Shown piece after piece: positions 1-12,395 of a DNA stretch of 64,000 bases. The notes beneath the pieces were generated by a model. The model did no database searches. It was not told the origin of the DNA and worked only from the letters and a program-made list of their open reading frames with translations. The stretch is from a virus. Lineage: Duplodnaviria > Caudoviricetes. The stretch's first letter is position 1; each line of letters opens with the position of its first letter. The translations under genes were made by a program, and so were the position numbers. The stretch is taken from IMG/VR virus record IMGVR_UViG_3300029288_000001, positions 32,001 to 96,000 of that record; one strand, given 5' to 3'.

Positions 1-397
1 GAGCGATCTTCTCTTCGTAGCAGTGGTTAAACAGATCGTAACATACTTGGATCTGGTAATGCGTTAAATAGATCTTATACCCTCCTACGTTAAACCATAC
101 GATGTCCGTTTTCTTTTCGCCTTTATCGGCGCCCCACGATACATTGATCGGGGTTTTCTTTTCCTTATACGCGTGCACGGTCTTGAACTCCTTCGCTCCT
201 TTTCCGAGCACTTCGTTTATGGCGGCGATCTCTTCGAGACCTATCTTTACCACCAATCCCTCTTTGTTCGAGGGCTTCTCCCATCCACCGTCCTGTTTCT
301 TCTTCAAAAAAGTTAGATTCATGAACGGCTCGGTGGCGTTCGATCGGATAAGCATACCCGTCGATTTTATGAAAAACCTATAGTTGTGACTGTTCGT
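1..397 (-). CDS. Conserved hypothetical protein, runs off the left edge; probable ACG start
   Basis: Open frame (M)NSHNYRFFIKSTGMLIRSNATEPF...WEKPSNKEG...EEKIA. It follows GGAGG and TAAT-ACG, with an in-frame TGA three codons upstream. Not in the ORF track. Confidence 0.65.
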
Positions 398-398
398 A

Positions 399-671
399 TT
401 ACTTCATATCCTCCTTAATTTTTGATTTTATATCTTCAATAATAAAGTCTATTTTAACTCCTTTTTCGTAGCGGAACGATTGGATCATACTATACCTATA
501 GAGTAAATACGCGGTAAAGCCTCCGTCCATTCTAAGATAATGGTGGATTTGATACCCGTTCCCGAGCTGGATATATTCCTTCCTAGGACCCGTTACGGCA
601 CGCCTACTTATAGGTCGGTTGAGCCTCGTCATTTCGCTTTTAAACCGCTTCGATTCTATTTTTTTTCGCGT
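399..671 (-). CDS. Hypothetical protein (ORF track 399..632, extended to ACG)
   Basis: The in-frame ACG overlaps the upstream stop as TAACG, like the TAATG coupling used elsewhere. Confidence 0.5.
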   Translation of the reverse strand, partial: TRKKIESKRFKSEMTRLNRPISRRAVTGPRKEYIQLGNGYQIHHYLRMDGGFTAYLLYRYSMIQSFRYEKGVKIDFIIEDIKSKIKEDMK

Positions 672-1048
672 TATATCTCATCACTATTATTGTTGTTATT
701 TTTTAGATAATTATCTAAATTACTAGGTTTTTTCGTTGATACATAAATCGTTGATATATAAAAAAAATGAATTTTATAGTTCGCATAGTCTACGTATTGT
801 GTGTTAACTTGATAATAAACCTTAATATCATTATGTAATGTACGATATTCTATGTAATCAATGATAGGAGACTGTTGATTTTTTAGATCGAGTTTCCACT
901 TCTTATCGTCGGGCACATAGAGCTCGTCCATGACCATATCCTTAGGGTCGATCTCGTAGTAGTCCCCTCTTCCTCCGTGCTCGATCCTTACATGGTCTCT
1001 AGCGATCATTACACCGCTTTCCTTATCGTAAAGAGGTTTTTCTACCAT
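671..1048 (-). CDS. Hypothetical viral protein
   Basis: Coupled ORF with RIEHGGRGDYYEI motif and C-terminal SNLDNYL. Confidence 0.6.
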   Translation of the reverse strand: MVEKPLYDKESGVMIARDHVRIEHGGRGDYYEIDPKDMVMDELYVPDDKKWKLDLKNQQSPIIDYIEYRTLHNDIKVYYQVNTQYVDYANYKIHFFYISTIYVSTKKPSNLDNYLKNNNNNSDEI

Positions 1049-1457
1049 GCGTCGTCCTCGTCCTCCTCCTCGTCGTCAGGGTCGTAGGAACTTTCGTGGT
1101 CTTCGTATTCGTGCCCTCGGATCTTCGTCAACTCCTTCTTGACCTCCTCGTAGGTGACTTCTTTATCCTTCCCAAAAACCTTCTGTAATTGATCGTATTC
1201 TTCCTTTTTCATATACCACTTACAGATCTTGTCCGATCTCGTGGAATGGTAGAACTTGGGAAACTTCGCGGGCATCGCCTCGTTCGAGCAGTAGCCTTTC
1301 CAGATCCAGAAACTAAAACATCCCAGCTCTTCGTCGTAGGCGTATTCCTCTTCGGTCCAAAAGACCGTAGGAAAGAAAAACACGCAGCTCTGGCACGCTT
1401 TCACCACTCTATTACAGTGCGCGTCCCAATCGATCGATTTCTTCTCGGACTCGTTAC

Positions 1458-2093
1458 TCATATGTCCACCTCGCGAATTAACTTCGCTTTTTCCCATTTA
1501 CTTTTCCAATGAATGTCGGTCTGAACGTGATTAGCTCTTACGCACTTCGCGATGTTATCGTTAAACTCGGACACTGGAAACGCAGCTTTATTCCTTACTA
1601 CATACCCTTCGCAGACGCTTCCGTAGAGACTCTCTCTTGGAATATGCATTTCGTATCTACTATCAATATCTCCGAGAGTAATAATCGGTGCCGTGTAGAG
1701 CTTGAGCTCGTTGGTTATATCGTACATCTCGTCCGTAGATACGAACACATCGCCTCGCCGTATCGCGAACACGTAGAAGTAAGAAGTTAGCTTCTCGTAG
1801 GTGATCGAGTGGATGGCATACATATTTTCCCCGTAAATGATCATATCGTCAGGGAGGTCGTATTGGAACTTCTCTGCCATTTTGATTATATAAGTCTGCC
1901 ACGGTTTTCCATAGGCGGCAGCGTTATCCGACCGCGCGTGAATATAGTTCTTTGCGATTGCGGTATTCTCTCCGTCGAGTTTTTCCGTGAAGACAAGAGA
2001 TTTATCCTCGAAACATTTTACATTTTCCTTCCGTTTATCGTCGCGGCTTAACTGCTGAGACCACGGCAGGTGCTCTATGCTTGGGAACTTCAT
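1458..2093 (-). CDS. Small ATP-dependent RNA ligase family protein
   Basis: KFPSIEHLPWS start, motif I TEKLDGEN, IYGEN, FYVFAI, EGYVVR, KCVRANHVQTD. Confidence 0.85.
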   Translation of the reverse strand: MKFPSIEHLPWSQQLSRDDKRKENVKCFEDKSLVFTEKLDGENTAIAKNYIHARSDNAAAYGKPWQTYIIKMAEKFQYDLPDDMIIYGENMYAIHSITYEKLTSYFYVFAIRRGDVFVSTDEMYDITNELKLYTAPIITLGDIDSRYEMHIPRESLYGSVCEGYVVRNKAAFPVSEFNDNIAKCVRANHVQTDIHWKSKWEKAKLIREVDI

Positions 2094-2314
2094 TTAATAT
2101 CATCTTTTTCTTTTAGTTTAATTAAATAATCTAAATACCACTTCGCTTTCTTCAAATCCTCTAGTTCTCTTCCTTTAAACTTAGCGCGGAGAATATACGT
2201 TACTACATTGCCTTCGTAGAATCCTAGCTTATACGCGTTTATAACATCCACGGCTTCTATCCCTCCTTGGTTGTAGTGCGAGGGGTGGTTAACATTATCG
2301 TTCTTTTCGCTCAT
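2090..2314 (-). CDS. DUF3310 phage protein
   Basis: DNVNHPSHYNQGGIEAVDVI...GNVVTY...EDLKKAKWYL signature. Confidence 0.9.
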   Translation of the reverse strand: MSEKNDNVNHPSHYNQGGIEAVDVINAYKLGFYEGNVVTYILRAKFKGRELEDLKKAKWYLDYLIKLKEKDDIK

Positions 2315-3549
2315 GGATACAATCTCCTACTCGTTATTATGTGAAAACACTCCAAACAAAGAAGATCGTTGAACATCTCGTCTCTTATCAAATCTACGCC
2401 TTCGACGCCTTCTTTACCACATCGTTGGCATTTTAATTTATTCTTTTCGCTCATCCAAAACATCCCCTTTTGTGCTTTTTAGTAAACATCGCTTTCTTAT
2501 TGATCTCTGGATCGCTCTTACCGATTATATTTAACACGTCCTGCTGGCGCTTTTTATCGCGTTTAAAATTCTCTAACTCCTCTTCGATTAATTCTCCTAT
2601 ACTTTTCTTCTCGGTCATTCTTTCACTCACTTTTTCTTAGTTCTTTAATTTTTATTCCCGCTTCTATTTCCTTCTTAATATATTCGTCTAACACGCCAGA
2701 AGCACGCGAGATAACAGTATCGAACCCGTCGCGCACGCTTCCCAAATAAGTTTTTAAATGGTTGTAATGCTCTTCCGTAGTAGGTTCGTGGCTATCGTAA
2801 TTCTCTAACGCGTTAAATGCGATGCACTTTCCTACGATAATTCCTTTTCTCTTACCTTTCTTATAAATTTTCATTTCTTTTTGGAATTTCTCCCATTCTT
2901 CGCTTCTATTTTTCATTTCCTTACCTCCTCCATCCACTTTTCGTATTGGTCCTTTCCCGTAGTGCACAATTGGTCGTAAGTCATATATTCTAAGTGGTGC
3001 TCTTGGACATTGTTGTTATTCTCGATGATCTCTCGGTCGTCAAACATAAAAATCGTTTTATCTTTCAGTTTTATAATCTTCGTTCTTATCGCCTTTTTTA
3101 TAATGTAGTTCGCACGGTTTATGATAATAAGGACAGGTATCGCAGGTTTCGTGCTCGTTGCAAGTCCATTTCCCATACTTACCGATCAATTCCAACATTT
3201 CGTCTAGAACATCCTTATTTCTCTTCCTTCCATCTTCAATACTATCCCTCTCTATGATTCTTTTAACGGAATTAAATGCCGCGATTTTTCCTTTCACGAA
3301 TTCTCGCTCTAAATCCTTCGTATCGAATAGTTCTATAAATCCATCGATGAGAGAGAGTAAGTTTTTCTTAAATAGTTGTAAGCTCATTCTTACTCGTCTC
3401 GTTTTCTTTTATAGGTTGGAATCCATAATATTTCAACATTACATTAAACATATCTATTAATTCTGCGCGGGTTTTATCCTCGAAAAGCGTGCAGTCTGTA
3501 TCGTCCTTTTTTTTAGTGTGAAGACAGCCCTTGCACATGTTTTTATCGT

Positions 3550-4617
3550 TCATAGCTCTTGTTCCTCTCTCTTTTCCATTTTGGGTAAGTTCTCCTTTAC
3601 TCGTTTCGTGATGTAGTTGTCTAATCTATCCCATCTTTTGTCTATCGTGAGGAAAACACCGCTCTTGTGCGTTAAGTCCGTGCGTGCGGCGATCTCTTTT
3701 CTTGGAACACCTTGCACCTTCTTACATTCCTCTAAAACAGCCGTGCGAGTGTCGAAATATGCTTTCTCTAAATATGCTACCATTTCTCTAAGCTCGGTGC
3801 AGAACTCCTCGGGAATCGTGAGTATTAGTTCTTCGTCCACTTTCCCATCTTTCATACTTCCACATAAATTCTTGTAGGTAAGGTTCGCTAATAACTTCGC
3901 CACTTCGAAATATCTCTTTGATTTAAACTTTACTCGTTCTCCTCCCTTATAGAGCGCTACGAACCCTTCTTGGTCGAGCTCGCGGTGCGTTTCTTGCCAT
4001 TCGAACATCTGCTCGGGCGTAATAGTAAATTCCTTGACTAGCTCCATTTTAAGGTCCTGGTTAATTTTCTCTACTAACTTACGCGGGAGCTCTCCTACGG
4101 ACTTATCGAAGATCGCGAGTAGGACGAACTTCTCTTCCTTACCGTAATCGATCACGATTCTATTCTCGGGATATATGATCTCGGCTAAGATCGTGTAGTC
4201 GTGTGGAACCATCGAAAGATCGTGCTTCTTTAACATCTCCGTCGCTTTAATAGACTGCTCAGACGCGAACGACCCGCGCGTGTTAACTCTCCACTTCCCG
4301 TCGTACCAATAGATTATTCCTAGAGAGCCATCGACCTTCTCGGTAATCGATACTGGCTTCGCGGCAAGAAACCTCTTCTGTTCCTCGGGAGAGAACTCGC
4401 TTAGATTGAAGAATTTCGAGAACGGTCTCGCGACGAGATCGCCAGTATGCGCGTCGTATATGTGCCCTCTCGAATTGATCGTGATGTCGTTCCATATTTT
4501 ATCGAACTGGCACTTGTCTGAGTAGTTAAAGAGCACCAGCTTGCCGTCGTCGGAAAATTTCCGCATGAGGTAGCCTTGGTCGATCAACTCGTCTATGCGT
4601 TTATCCTTTATGTCCAT
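3550..4617 (-). CDS. T4 Rnl1-like RNA ligase
   Basis: SRG...ARPFSKFFN, EKVDGSL, TRGSF, AEIIYPENRIV, EGFV, VKFK motifs. Confidence 0.88.
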   Translation of the reverse strand: MDIKDKRIDELIDQGYLMRKFSDDGKLVLFNYSDKCQFDKIWNDITINSRGHIYDAHTGDLVARPFSKFFNLSEFSPEEQKRFLAAKPVSITEKVDGSLGIIYWYDGKWRVNTRGSFASEQSIKATEMLKKHDLSMVPHDYTILAEIIYPENRIVIDYGKEEKFVLLAIFDKSVGELPRKLVEKINQDLKMELVKEFTITPEQMFEWQETHRELDQEGFVALYKGGERVKFKSKRYFEVAKLLANLTYKNLCGSMKDGKVDEELILTIPEEFCTELREMVAYLEKAYFDTRTAVLEECKKVQGVPRKEIAARTDLTHKSGVFLTIDKRWDRLDNYITKRVKENLPKMEKREEQEL

Positions 4618-5171
4618 AATAACTACACATCCATTTTATAAAACATTTTATCTTTTTAAACATATTTATCTTACCTCGTCTCATATTATCGAACTCTTTT
4701 AACATTTTCTTAAACTGGCGTTTACTAAGATCGCCGTTCTCGTATATGTGGAGAGGTATCACGCTCCATGCGCCCGTGCGGTCGGAGCCTATTGGATTAT
4801 AGGTAATGTATTTAAACGGATCGTTGTCGTCTGCCATTCCATTACCACTCGCTGTATTCTAATTGTATTTCTCTCCAATCGATTTCGATTTCCTTATAAT
4901 TCTTCTCTCTTAACTCGTCCAAATGATACTCGTCGGTGATCTCGATCGTGCATTTACCGTGCTCGCGAATGTAGTCAAGAATGCCATACATCACGAACGG
5001 ATTAAGTAGTACTTCCCCCCACTTACACACATCGGGATAGAAATATTCCTTCCTCGTGTGGTTTACGATCACGGCTAGAGTTCCCATTTACATCACATCT
5101 TTTCTTAATTGCGGGACTCCCGCGACCAGAGTTAATCGCGATGGATGTCGGTGGTGAAGGAGCCTTTCCGC

Positions 5172-5777
5172 TTATTTTTTTACTTCCAGAAAATCTTCTG
5201 GGCAAGTTTTTTCTTTATCGGACTCTTTCTTCTCTTCTACCTTCTTTACATCGGTATTAGAAAGGATATTATCCGTAGGGCTGTATATTGTAGGTGTGTT
5301 TGTGGATGTTGTATCGGTAACGCCATTCATATCTATATTGATTCCTCGAACCGTAGGAGGAGGAACGAATTGAATGTAATCCGTCTCGGAAGCGTCGGCG
5401 TCCAGCATTCTTAGGTTCCCTATAGTAGGATAAAACCACGATCCCCTCGTATCGGATTGTATTACCTCTTTGTAGTCGTGGACTTGTTGTAGTTGTTCCA
5501 ACTGTCGCCGCGTATTCTCTACAATAGTTTGTGATGTTAAATTCTCGTTGTTCTTTATTGCGTGCGCTTCCTTGATTGTCTCTGATAACTCGTCCGTGCG
5601 TGTGAGTAATATTATGATACCAAATACAACTACCGTTATAAGCATTCGCACGGGTAAATACCACGACTCGTTCTTTTCCGTAGGAACTCCAAAGATTAAA
5701 TCGGGTAAACAATAGCTACCTGTGACTAATATCGCTACTACTATTGTTTTTACGATCGCGCTAGTCCGTTCCTTCAT
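5172..5777 (-). CDS. Membrane-anchored hypothetical protein with C-terminal PEDF tag
   Basis: Two N-terminal hydrophobic helices; ends EKTCPEDFLEVKK. Confidence 0.65.
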   Translation of the reverse strand: MKERTSAIVKTIVVAILVTGSYCLPDLIFGVPTEKNESWYLPVRMLITVVVFGIIILLTRTDELSETIKEAHAIKNNENLTSQTIVENTRRQLEQLQQVHDYKEVIQSDTRGSWFYPTIGNLRMLDADASETDYIQFVPPPTVRGINIDMNGVTDTTSTNTPTIYSPTDNILSNTDVKKVEEKKESDKEKTCPEDFLEVKK

Positions 5778-5961
5778 TTACTCCTCTCCTTCGTTATTGC
5801 CTCGTCGCACTCGGTACAGATTACTCTTTTCTTGAATTTTTCCACCAATTCCTCGTAGTTCTTCCATTTCGCGTCCCACTCGGCTTGGGGTAGGTTCTCC
5901 GCGTTATACCCGTCCGCCAAATGCATGATCAGTTTACCGCACCTCGAACAATGGATGTAGG

Positions 5962-6225
5962 TCATTCGATCAGCTCTTTTATATGTTTCTCGAAGTTTTC
6001 TACGATCGCTTTTTGTGTGGGACGAACCATCTTACCTTTCTTATCGTAAAGACTACGGAATATGGCACTATTCTTCATTGAAGTCCACTCGTCTAGTAAA
6101 TACTCCGCTTTTATTTTTAATTTGATCGATTCTAACGACTTGGAGTCCGTTCTGGGAGGTCTCGGCTCGCGTGGTTCTTTTTTCGCTTTCTTCTCTTTAA
6201 ACTCAGGCGGCTTAAATAGACTCGT
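5962..6225 (-). CDS. Hypothetical protein with ACG start (87 aa, missed by ORF track)
   Basis: GGAGG-CGCAGT-TAA-ACG AGT CTA. The open frame (M)SLFKPPEFKEKK... fills the gap and ends in an ATGA overlap. Confidence 0.7.
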   Translation of the reverse strand, partial: TSLFKPPEFKEKKAKKEPREPRPPRTDSKSLESIKLKIKAEYLLDEWTSMKNSAIFRSLYDKKGKMVRPTQKAIVENFEKHIKELIE

Positions 6226-6514
6226 TTAACTGCGCCTCCAGATCCGCTAATCCATCCTTTGTTAAGTGTTGATTTAATATTTCAACGAAGCTATTAAACT
6301 TACTCTCGGTATTGAAGTATGTGTCTTTAATCGCGTTTAAGAATTGTATAAGTCCTTTTATTGTTTTTTTATCGTATACGGTGGTAGTATACGATGTGTC
6401 CGATGGTATACCATTGCCTCGATGGAGTTTAATGAAATCTTCCCACTTCGCCTTCTCCGAGGGTGGAACTTTCACTTGAAGGTTTACCAGAGTTTCCTTA
6501 AATAGCTTCTTCGT
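6212..6514 (-). CDS. Hypothetical protein, extended to ACG start
   Basis: GAGG lies 10 nt before an in-frame ACG; (M)KKLFKETLVNLQVKVPPSEK. Confidence 0.55.
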   Translation of the reverse strand, partial: TKKLFKETLVNLQVKVPPSEKAKWEDFIKLHRGNGIPSDTSYTTTVYDKKTIKGLIQFLNAIKDTYFNTESKFNSFVEILNQHLTKDGLADLEAQLNESI

Positions 6515-6573
6515 TGTTTTATAGCCTCTTATTCTTTGTGGTATACTATGATCTATGTATAGTATACGATTAT

Positions 6574-6858
6574 TTAAAGGTTATTATTAACCTCTTGCTC
6601 GTCGATCTCGTAGTATAAATAGTTAATATTGTGATAAGGAATGGACACGATCTTTTCTACTTCGTCTTTAATGATCTTATTCCTATACTCTTGTTTAAAG
6701 CGCACTACCGCTTGACCCATGCCCAAGTATATCTCTTGAAGATATATGCTATATCCATACGCATTTGGGTGAAATATAAATTGACATTCGTGAGATACTC
6801 CAGTCTTCGTGTCTAGATTTATTTTCTTTATTTTTACCCATTCTCCTACGTAGCTCGT
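6574..6858 (-). CDS. Hypothetical protein with ACG start (94 aa, missed by ORF track)
   Basis: TAA AGA ACG AGC TAC; the frame (M)SYVGEWVKIKK... fills an otherwise empty gap. Confidence 0.65.
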   Translation of the reverse strand, partial: TSYVGEWVKIKKINLDTKTGVSHECQFIFHPNAYGYSIYLQEIYLGMGQAVVRFKQEYRNKIIKDEVEKIVSIPYHNINYLYYEIDEQEVNNNL

Positions 6859-9019
6859 TCTTTATCGCCTTCTCCTTTATTATATTCAATAGTCCATTTT
6901 CCGTTTTTATAAATATTCTTTCCTTTTATTTTCTTAGAGTAACGAGCAGAATCTTTATCGTTTGGAAATGGCTTCACTTGGCAAGTAATATAGATCTCTT
7001 CCGTAAAATCTTCGTCGTCGTAATCCTCTCGTTCTTTCTGGCAATATCCTTTATATTTCACGAATATGGTTTCTCTCGTTTTATAATCGATTCTCTTTTT
7101 AATCTCCCGATACGACCATCCACAGATATATTCTTTGTCGTGGTGGACGACCTCGTGGATATATTCTATGTGAACCATGATTTCTTCATCTCCCTCGCTC
7201 GATCCACCGAAACGGTTCTTTATTTAATTCTGGAATTATATATTTCTCGAACACTTCGTTCCAATCCACGCCTGCGAAATGGGAACACGAGTCGCACAAG
7301 GCAAAAGGACAACCACCAATGTCGCATTTGTCCGTTACATCAATGTCTATCATGGAAGCGAAGTTGAATTCTATTTTATTCACGATTCTACCGTTGATGT
7401 TTTGGAAGCTATAAATACGACTAAGAAACGATGGGAATTTACCATAAGTAGACCACACATCGTTTTCGTATTTCTTCTTATCGTAGGTCATAACTCGCGA
7501 TCCTCCATTTCTACATCGAAATTCTTGTTTCCTTTTTTCTTTAAATACTCGTAATACTCTCTCGTCTCGCACACGATCACGGGCTTAGTATGTCCTTGTA
7601 GAAACGCCATTGGTTGGGGCATCATATCGTCGTCGAACGAGTCCCCTTTCAACCGATAGATCGGAACTGTGTGTATGGCGTGCCATCCCCAAACCGTCCC
7701 TAGTAGCTCGTATTCCGCGTCACATTTTTGACATTGGGGAAAATAACACATGTAAATCGGATACACTACTTCGTACCCGCACTTCTTACACTTCCAGACC
7801 GCGTCAGTCACTTTACATCTCCTCCTTTTTCTTGACCAAACGCGATCTCGGGGTGCTCCTCGTAGCACTTCTGGCACATTCCAAAGATGCGGTAAGTGTC
7901 CACATCCAGCGGTAGTATGCCTCTCTTACAGACTTTACAGATCGGCTGCGCTATAAACCTCGTTCTATGGGTTTTCATTTTTTCTTCTCACTACTCCATT
8001 CCTTAAATTTATTATCTAATTCTTCTAACATACCTTTCTTATTAGCTTGATCTAGCACTTTCTGGCGTATATCAAGCGTGAGTAAGGTCATATTCGTGAT
8101 CATAGCGTTAAATTGATCTTTCAAAATCGTTTCTATTCTTTCGTTGTATTTCGCACAATCCTTACAATAATATAGTTCCTCGCGTCGCTTTCCGTTTCCG
8201 TAGTTATAACCGCGCTCGGATTCTATGTTGAAATCTAACATGATAACCCTACGATAGGAAATATGATCGTTCTCTGGGATATATTCCAAACAGTTCAAAC
8301 AACAATTCCTCTTGCATACGAAGCACTCTTCAGATAGGCTCCATATCTCTTGTCCGCAGCACTCGCACGCTTCTTTTTCGATCATTCTTTCTTATCCTCT
8401 TTATCGTATTTTAACGGACAATTCTTTTTATTACATCCTTTTATATCTAAACCATGTTTCATACCATAACGGCAAGTAGATCCACCCCATCTATCTCGAT
8501 GAGGGCAACAATTCTTGGGTAAAATTACATCCCAGTTTTCGCTCATTCGTTCTCGCCTCGCGGGGGTATTACTTTCCATCGTATGTTCGCTTCGAGCTCG
8601 TCGTTGATCGCTACGATATGGTGGATACCGTCGTCTCCGTTTTTCTGGAGCTCCGCTACATATTGTTCCATGGTTTCTATCCAGTCCTTACTTATGTAGT
8701 ATCCTTGGTAGTAGTCTCCTTCTCGCACGCCTTTCTTCATAACATAGATCCACGCGTGATACGAGGGACCTTCTATTTCAATACAGTAGATCCCTTTTAT
8801 TCTTTTTTTATTGTCTTTCTTTTCTCGATCTAATATATCCAACACTAACTCTTGTAGATTCATGTTTTTATCACTTCTCTTTTTTTAAGTTATTGGTAAG
8901 TATCTTCTTTACACCGTTAAGTAGCGTTTTTAATTTATCTATCTTCTCCTCGACCGACCACGAATCCTTATAGTATTGCACGGTATTATATAGATCTTTC
9001 AACTCTTTTCTTATATCGG

Positions 9020-9487
9020 TCATTCGCACGCCTCTTTCATTCTTTTATTAAAATAATGCTTGGGAAACTTTAATATAAAACCCTTCAAGTCCTTTTCGTT
9101 ATACTCCTTCATTAACTCGCGCCACGCCTCGATCTGACCGTAATTTAACGAGAGATCAAGTTTCTTGGGAATGAAGGTAATTTCCGACTCCAACTCCCGA
9201 TTACATTTTGGGCACACGACCGCGATCCATTTTAAATTCTTATGGTTATGATGTAAATGGAAATTCGGTGAGCCTATGGCTGGAACGGCGCATTTATAAC
9301 AAACCAAACGCGAGTCCTCGATTCTTGGCTCGTATTTCATGGATTCTACCTTTTTCCGTATGGAATTAATATAACTCGGCGTTCTCCCGTAGCGCTCTCC
9401 TATTTCCTTGTTAGAGCCTTTTCCTACGCAGATATCTTCCAAGATTTCGTTATATTGACTATTCGTCGCGGTTAGTTTCCCCTCCAT
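9020..9487 (-). CDS. HTH plus HNH/endonuclease VII-like protein
   Basis: SNKEIGERYGRTPSYI helix-turn-helix, then CYKC...LHHNH...CPKCN. Confidence 0.55.
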   Translation of the reverse strand: MEGKLTATNSQYNEILEDICVGKGSNKEIGERYGRTPSYINSIRKKVESMKYEPRIEDSRLVCYKCAVPAIGSPNFHLHHNHKNLKWIAVVCPKCNRELESEITFIPKKLDLSLNYGQIEAWRELMKEYNEKDLKGFILKFPKHYFNKRMKEACE

Positions 9488-11324
9488 CCCGATTGTTGTT
9501 GATATAATAACGCTTTTTTAAGCTCTTCGTCTATTTTCTTATTGTTTTCCTCTTGGTTCTCTCCTTTTTCGATCAACGCGCAGACCGTTCCTAGATAAGT
9601 AGTATGGCACTTCAGACACGAACAATACGCTCTATCGAATAGATAATAGTCTTGGTTGGTCTTTTCGCTCGCGACGATGTATCCTAGAAACGCGATCTCG
9701 CTCGCGTGGCACTCCGCGCATTTTAAAACGGTAGACCGATAGAGTACTCTATTCTTGTATTTATATTTCTCGTTGCCTATTCCTATCCACACGGTTGGGG
9801 TTATTACTTCCCAGTCGTATTCTTCTTTATCGTCGGTCATAATATTATATCACCATTTTTACTATTATATACCACATAAACTTCTTTTTCTATAATTCTA
9901 TCGAACGGAAGCTTATTGTATCTACCATTCCATTTCTTACTGCAACAATAATTAACCGCCTCTCCGTAGGTATAGAACACGAGAAAACGCCTTTTATGAA
10001 TGATAAGATACCATTTATCGAGATTTAATAACATTCCTATGGTATTTTCTATCGAGAATTGGGTCTCCCACTCGTTTACCTCTTCTCTAATTCTTATCGT
10101 ATGCGATCGCGCTCCTATTCAATAATTGGTTTAACCCAATCGGGTATAGGTTTATCGTTTAATAGAAACTCTACGGTTTCGTCCATTAAAACGCGAAGAT
10201 CGTAACTATAGAATTGGTGTTTAATTACTACGGGTATGTTACTCGTATATCTTGCTATTAATTCTTGGATCGTTCTCGGGTCGGGATTCATGGATTTCCA
10301 CACCAGCGTTGCCGGCATCTCGCATTTACTCACGCCGTGCTTCTTAACGGTTAAATAATCGTCCTTACTCGGTTCTTGTAACAACTCCCAACCCACCCAC
10401 CACGCTTGTTTTTCTATTTTCATGAAACAACCTCTATTATTTGTTTAATCTACAATTGTCTTCGTCGCACCCACAACCGCATAACCAGAGGTGGTGGTCT
10501 TCGAACTTGAATTTATCGTCTTGGTCGGCATAGAACTCTCTAATTACTAAATCGAGTATTTCCGTGCAAGATCCATTTCCTACGGGGCAGATCGTTAGAT
10601 CGGAGAGTAATTTTCCCAGTTTCTTCCCTTTCGGATAGTCCATGATCTTTTTTTCTATGTTACTCAAGAAACTCGCGTTTTTCTTCATACTTTTTTCCAC
10701 CCATTCTTTAAATATTCTTGTATGTGATCTTTAAACTCGTCTGTATCGTAGTAATCTTGGGCAATTCTATTATGACAAAAAGTGTCGTCGGGATTAAGTA
10801 AGATCATCACGGAACTATCGTAGTCTACATCCATGCGTTCTATTACTCCATCGGGAAGGTTAGATCCGAACGGGGGCACGAATGCCATGTCAACCTCGCG
10901 CCATATTCCTACATTATGTTTGTTGGGAGCGTTTAATCCAGAATACACCCATCTTTCTAATCGTATTTTCATTCTACATCGTCCTCGCGTTTTACGATCT
11001 CTATAGCGGTAATTTCGTGGAAGGGGAATATATATTCTACGAACGGTGCGTCTCTTTTATGATATTGTTTATGGCGGATCTTTAACGCCGCTTGTCCCGA
11101 TCCAAAGTATTTATCGATGTAATAAAGACAAGTCTTATGTCCATAATTATCGATACAAACAGCGTGGTTGTCTTGAAAAAAGAAAGGTTCCTTTGGTTTA
11201 ATCCACCCCGTGCCTCTTCCCGACCACGACTCGGTTTCTTCCTGCCCTGAGAGGAGCGCAGTTGGCATTTTATTTTCATTAAACGAGATATTGATAAAGC
11301 TCGCTTCTTTCCATTCTTCGTCCA

Positions 11325-11909
11325 TTATTTTATCCACTTCTCTAAATTGTTTTTTCTTGTATTTCTACACAGTAAACACACTAAATAAATTACATTCTCT
11401 GGTCTTACTTCCATGTCTTTAATACCGTTCTTTCTCATCGTAGAAAACACATTAATACACGCGTTCTCCATAGAACCTACTATTTGTTGGTGTTTAAGTT
11501 TAAGTCCCGAGCCGCAGCCTAGCACATAATCGGTCGAGGGAATCGTCGCGTTCTCGATCATAGTAGTAATCTTTTTCTTGACTGCCGCCTGCCAGTGTCT
11601 CGAATTCCCGAGCTGCTTATCGCTCCAGTCTGGGTGTTGGTCGCGTCGGAGTTCTTTATAAGTCTTGAAGTCGAACCGCGCGTAGATGAGGTAATACTCG
11701 TCGAACTTACCGCGTTGTTTTATCTCCTCGAAGGGGCGAATACCTAGCGTGCGGCACTTAAACCGATTGGGGCAACCGTCGGGATACCCTGGATATGGTC
11801 TCGCGCAGAGTTCTTTTATGTAATCGTAGTTTACGATGGAGTATTCTCGTATTTGTTTTACGCCGATGGATACTAGATCGTGGAAGTTGATTTTAGAGGC
11901 TGCCATCAT
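11325..11909 (-). CDS. DUF2284-like predicted metal-binding protein
   Basis: LC...GCPN..C, LGCGS, SMENACINVFST pattern. Confidence 0.6.
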   Translation of the reverse strand: MMAASKINFHDLVSIGVKQIREYSIVNYDYIKELCARPYPGYPDGCPNRFKCRTLGIRPFEEIKQRGKFDEYYLIYARFDFKTYKELRRDQHPDWSDKQLGNSRHWQAAVKKKITTMIENATIPSTDYVLGCGSGLKLKHQQIVGSMENACINVFSTMRKNGIKDMEVRPENVIYLVCLLCRNTRKNNLEKWIK

Positions 11910-12395
11910 TTCTCTTCTTTCTCCCTTTTTTCCACAATATAAAGAATACTATACTACCGTAAATAGCTCCTACGGAATATAGGACAAATTCGTTCGATCC
12001 AAAGAAGATAAGGTATATCATTCCAACTACGATGAAACCGAGCCAGATGATAAATCCTTCTATAAGTTCTTTCTTAAGGGTCGCCATCGCTGCTCTCTTC
12101 CTCCAACAATGGGCATTGACAATTTAACTCGTTTATTTTTCTCAACAATTCGTGGTACTCAGGAGGTTGTTTAAATACTGGTTGGTCTTTTGTTGTGATC
12201 TCGTTTAAATCCTTAATTAATTCGTTGAACTTTTTCTCGTGCATTGGCGAGTGAGGACAGTTGCAATGGGCTCCATACCCATCGTCTCCTCCATCAAAGA
12301 ATGGACACGCACACTCTACATGAAAGACGCCTCGACGATATATATCTTCTCCCGCGCTATAACTGATATCCATTCCCTGCATCCACGAAGGGAGT

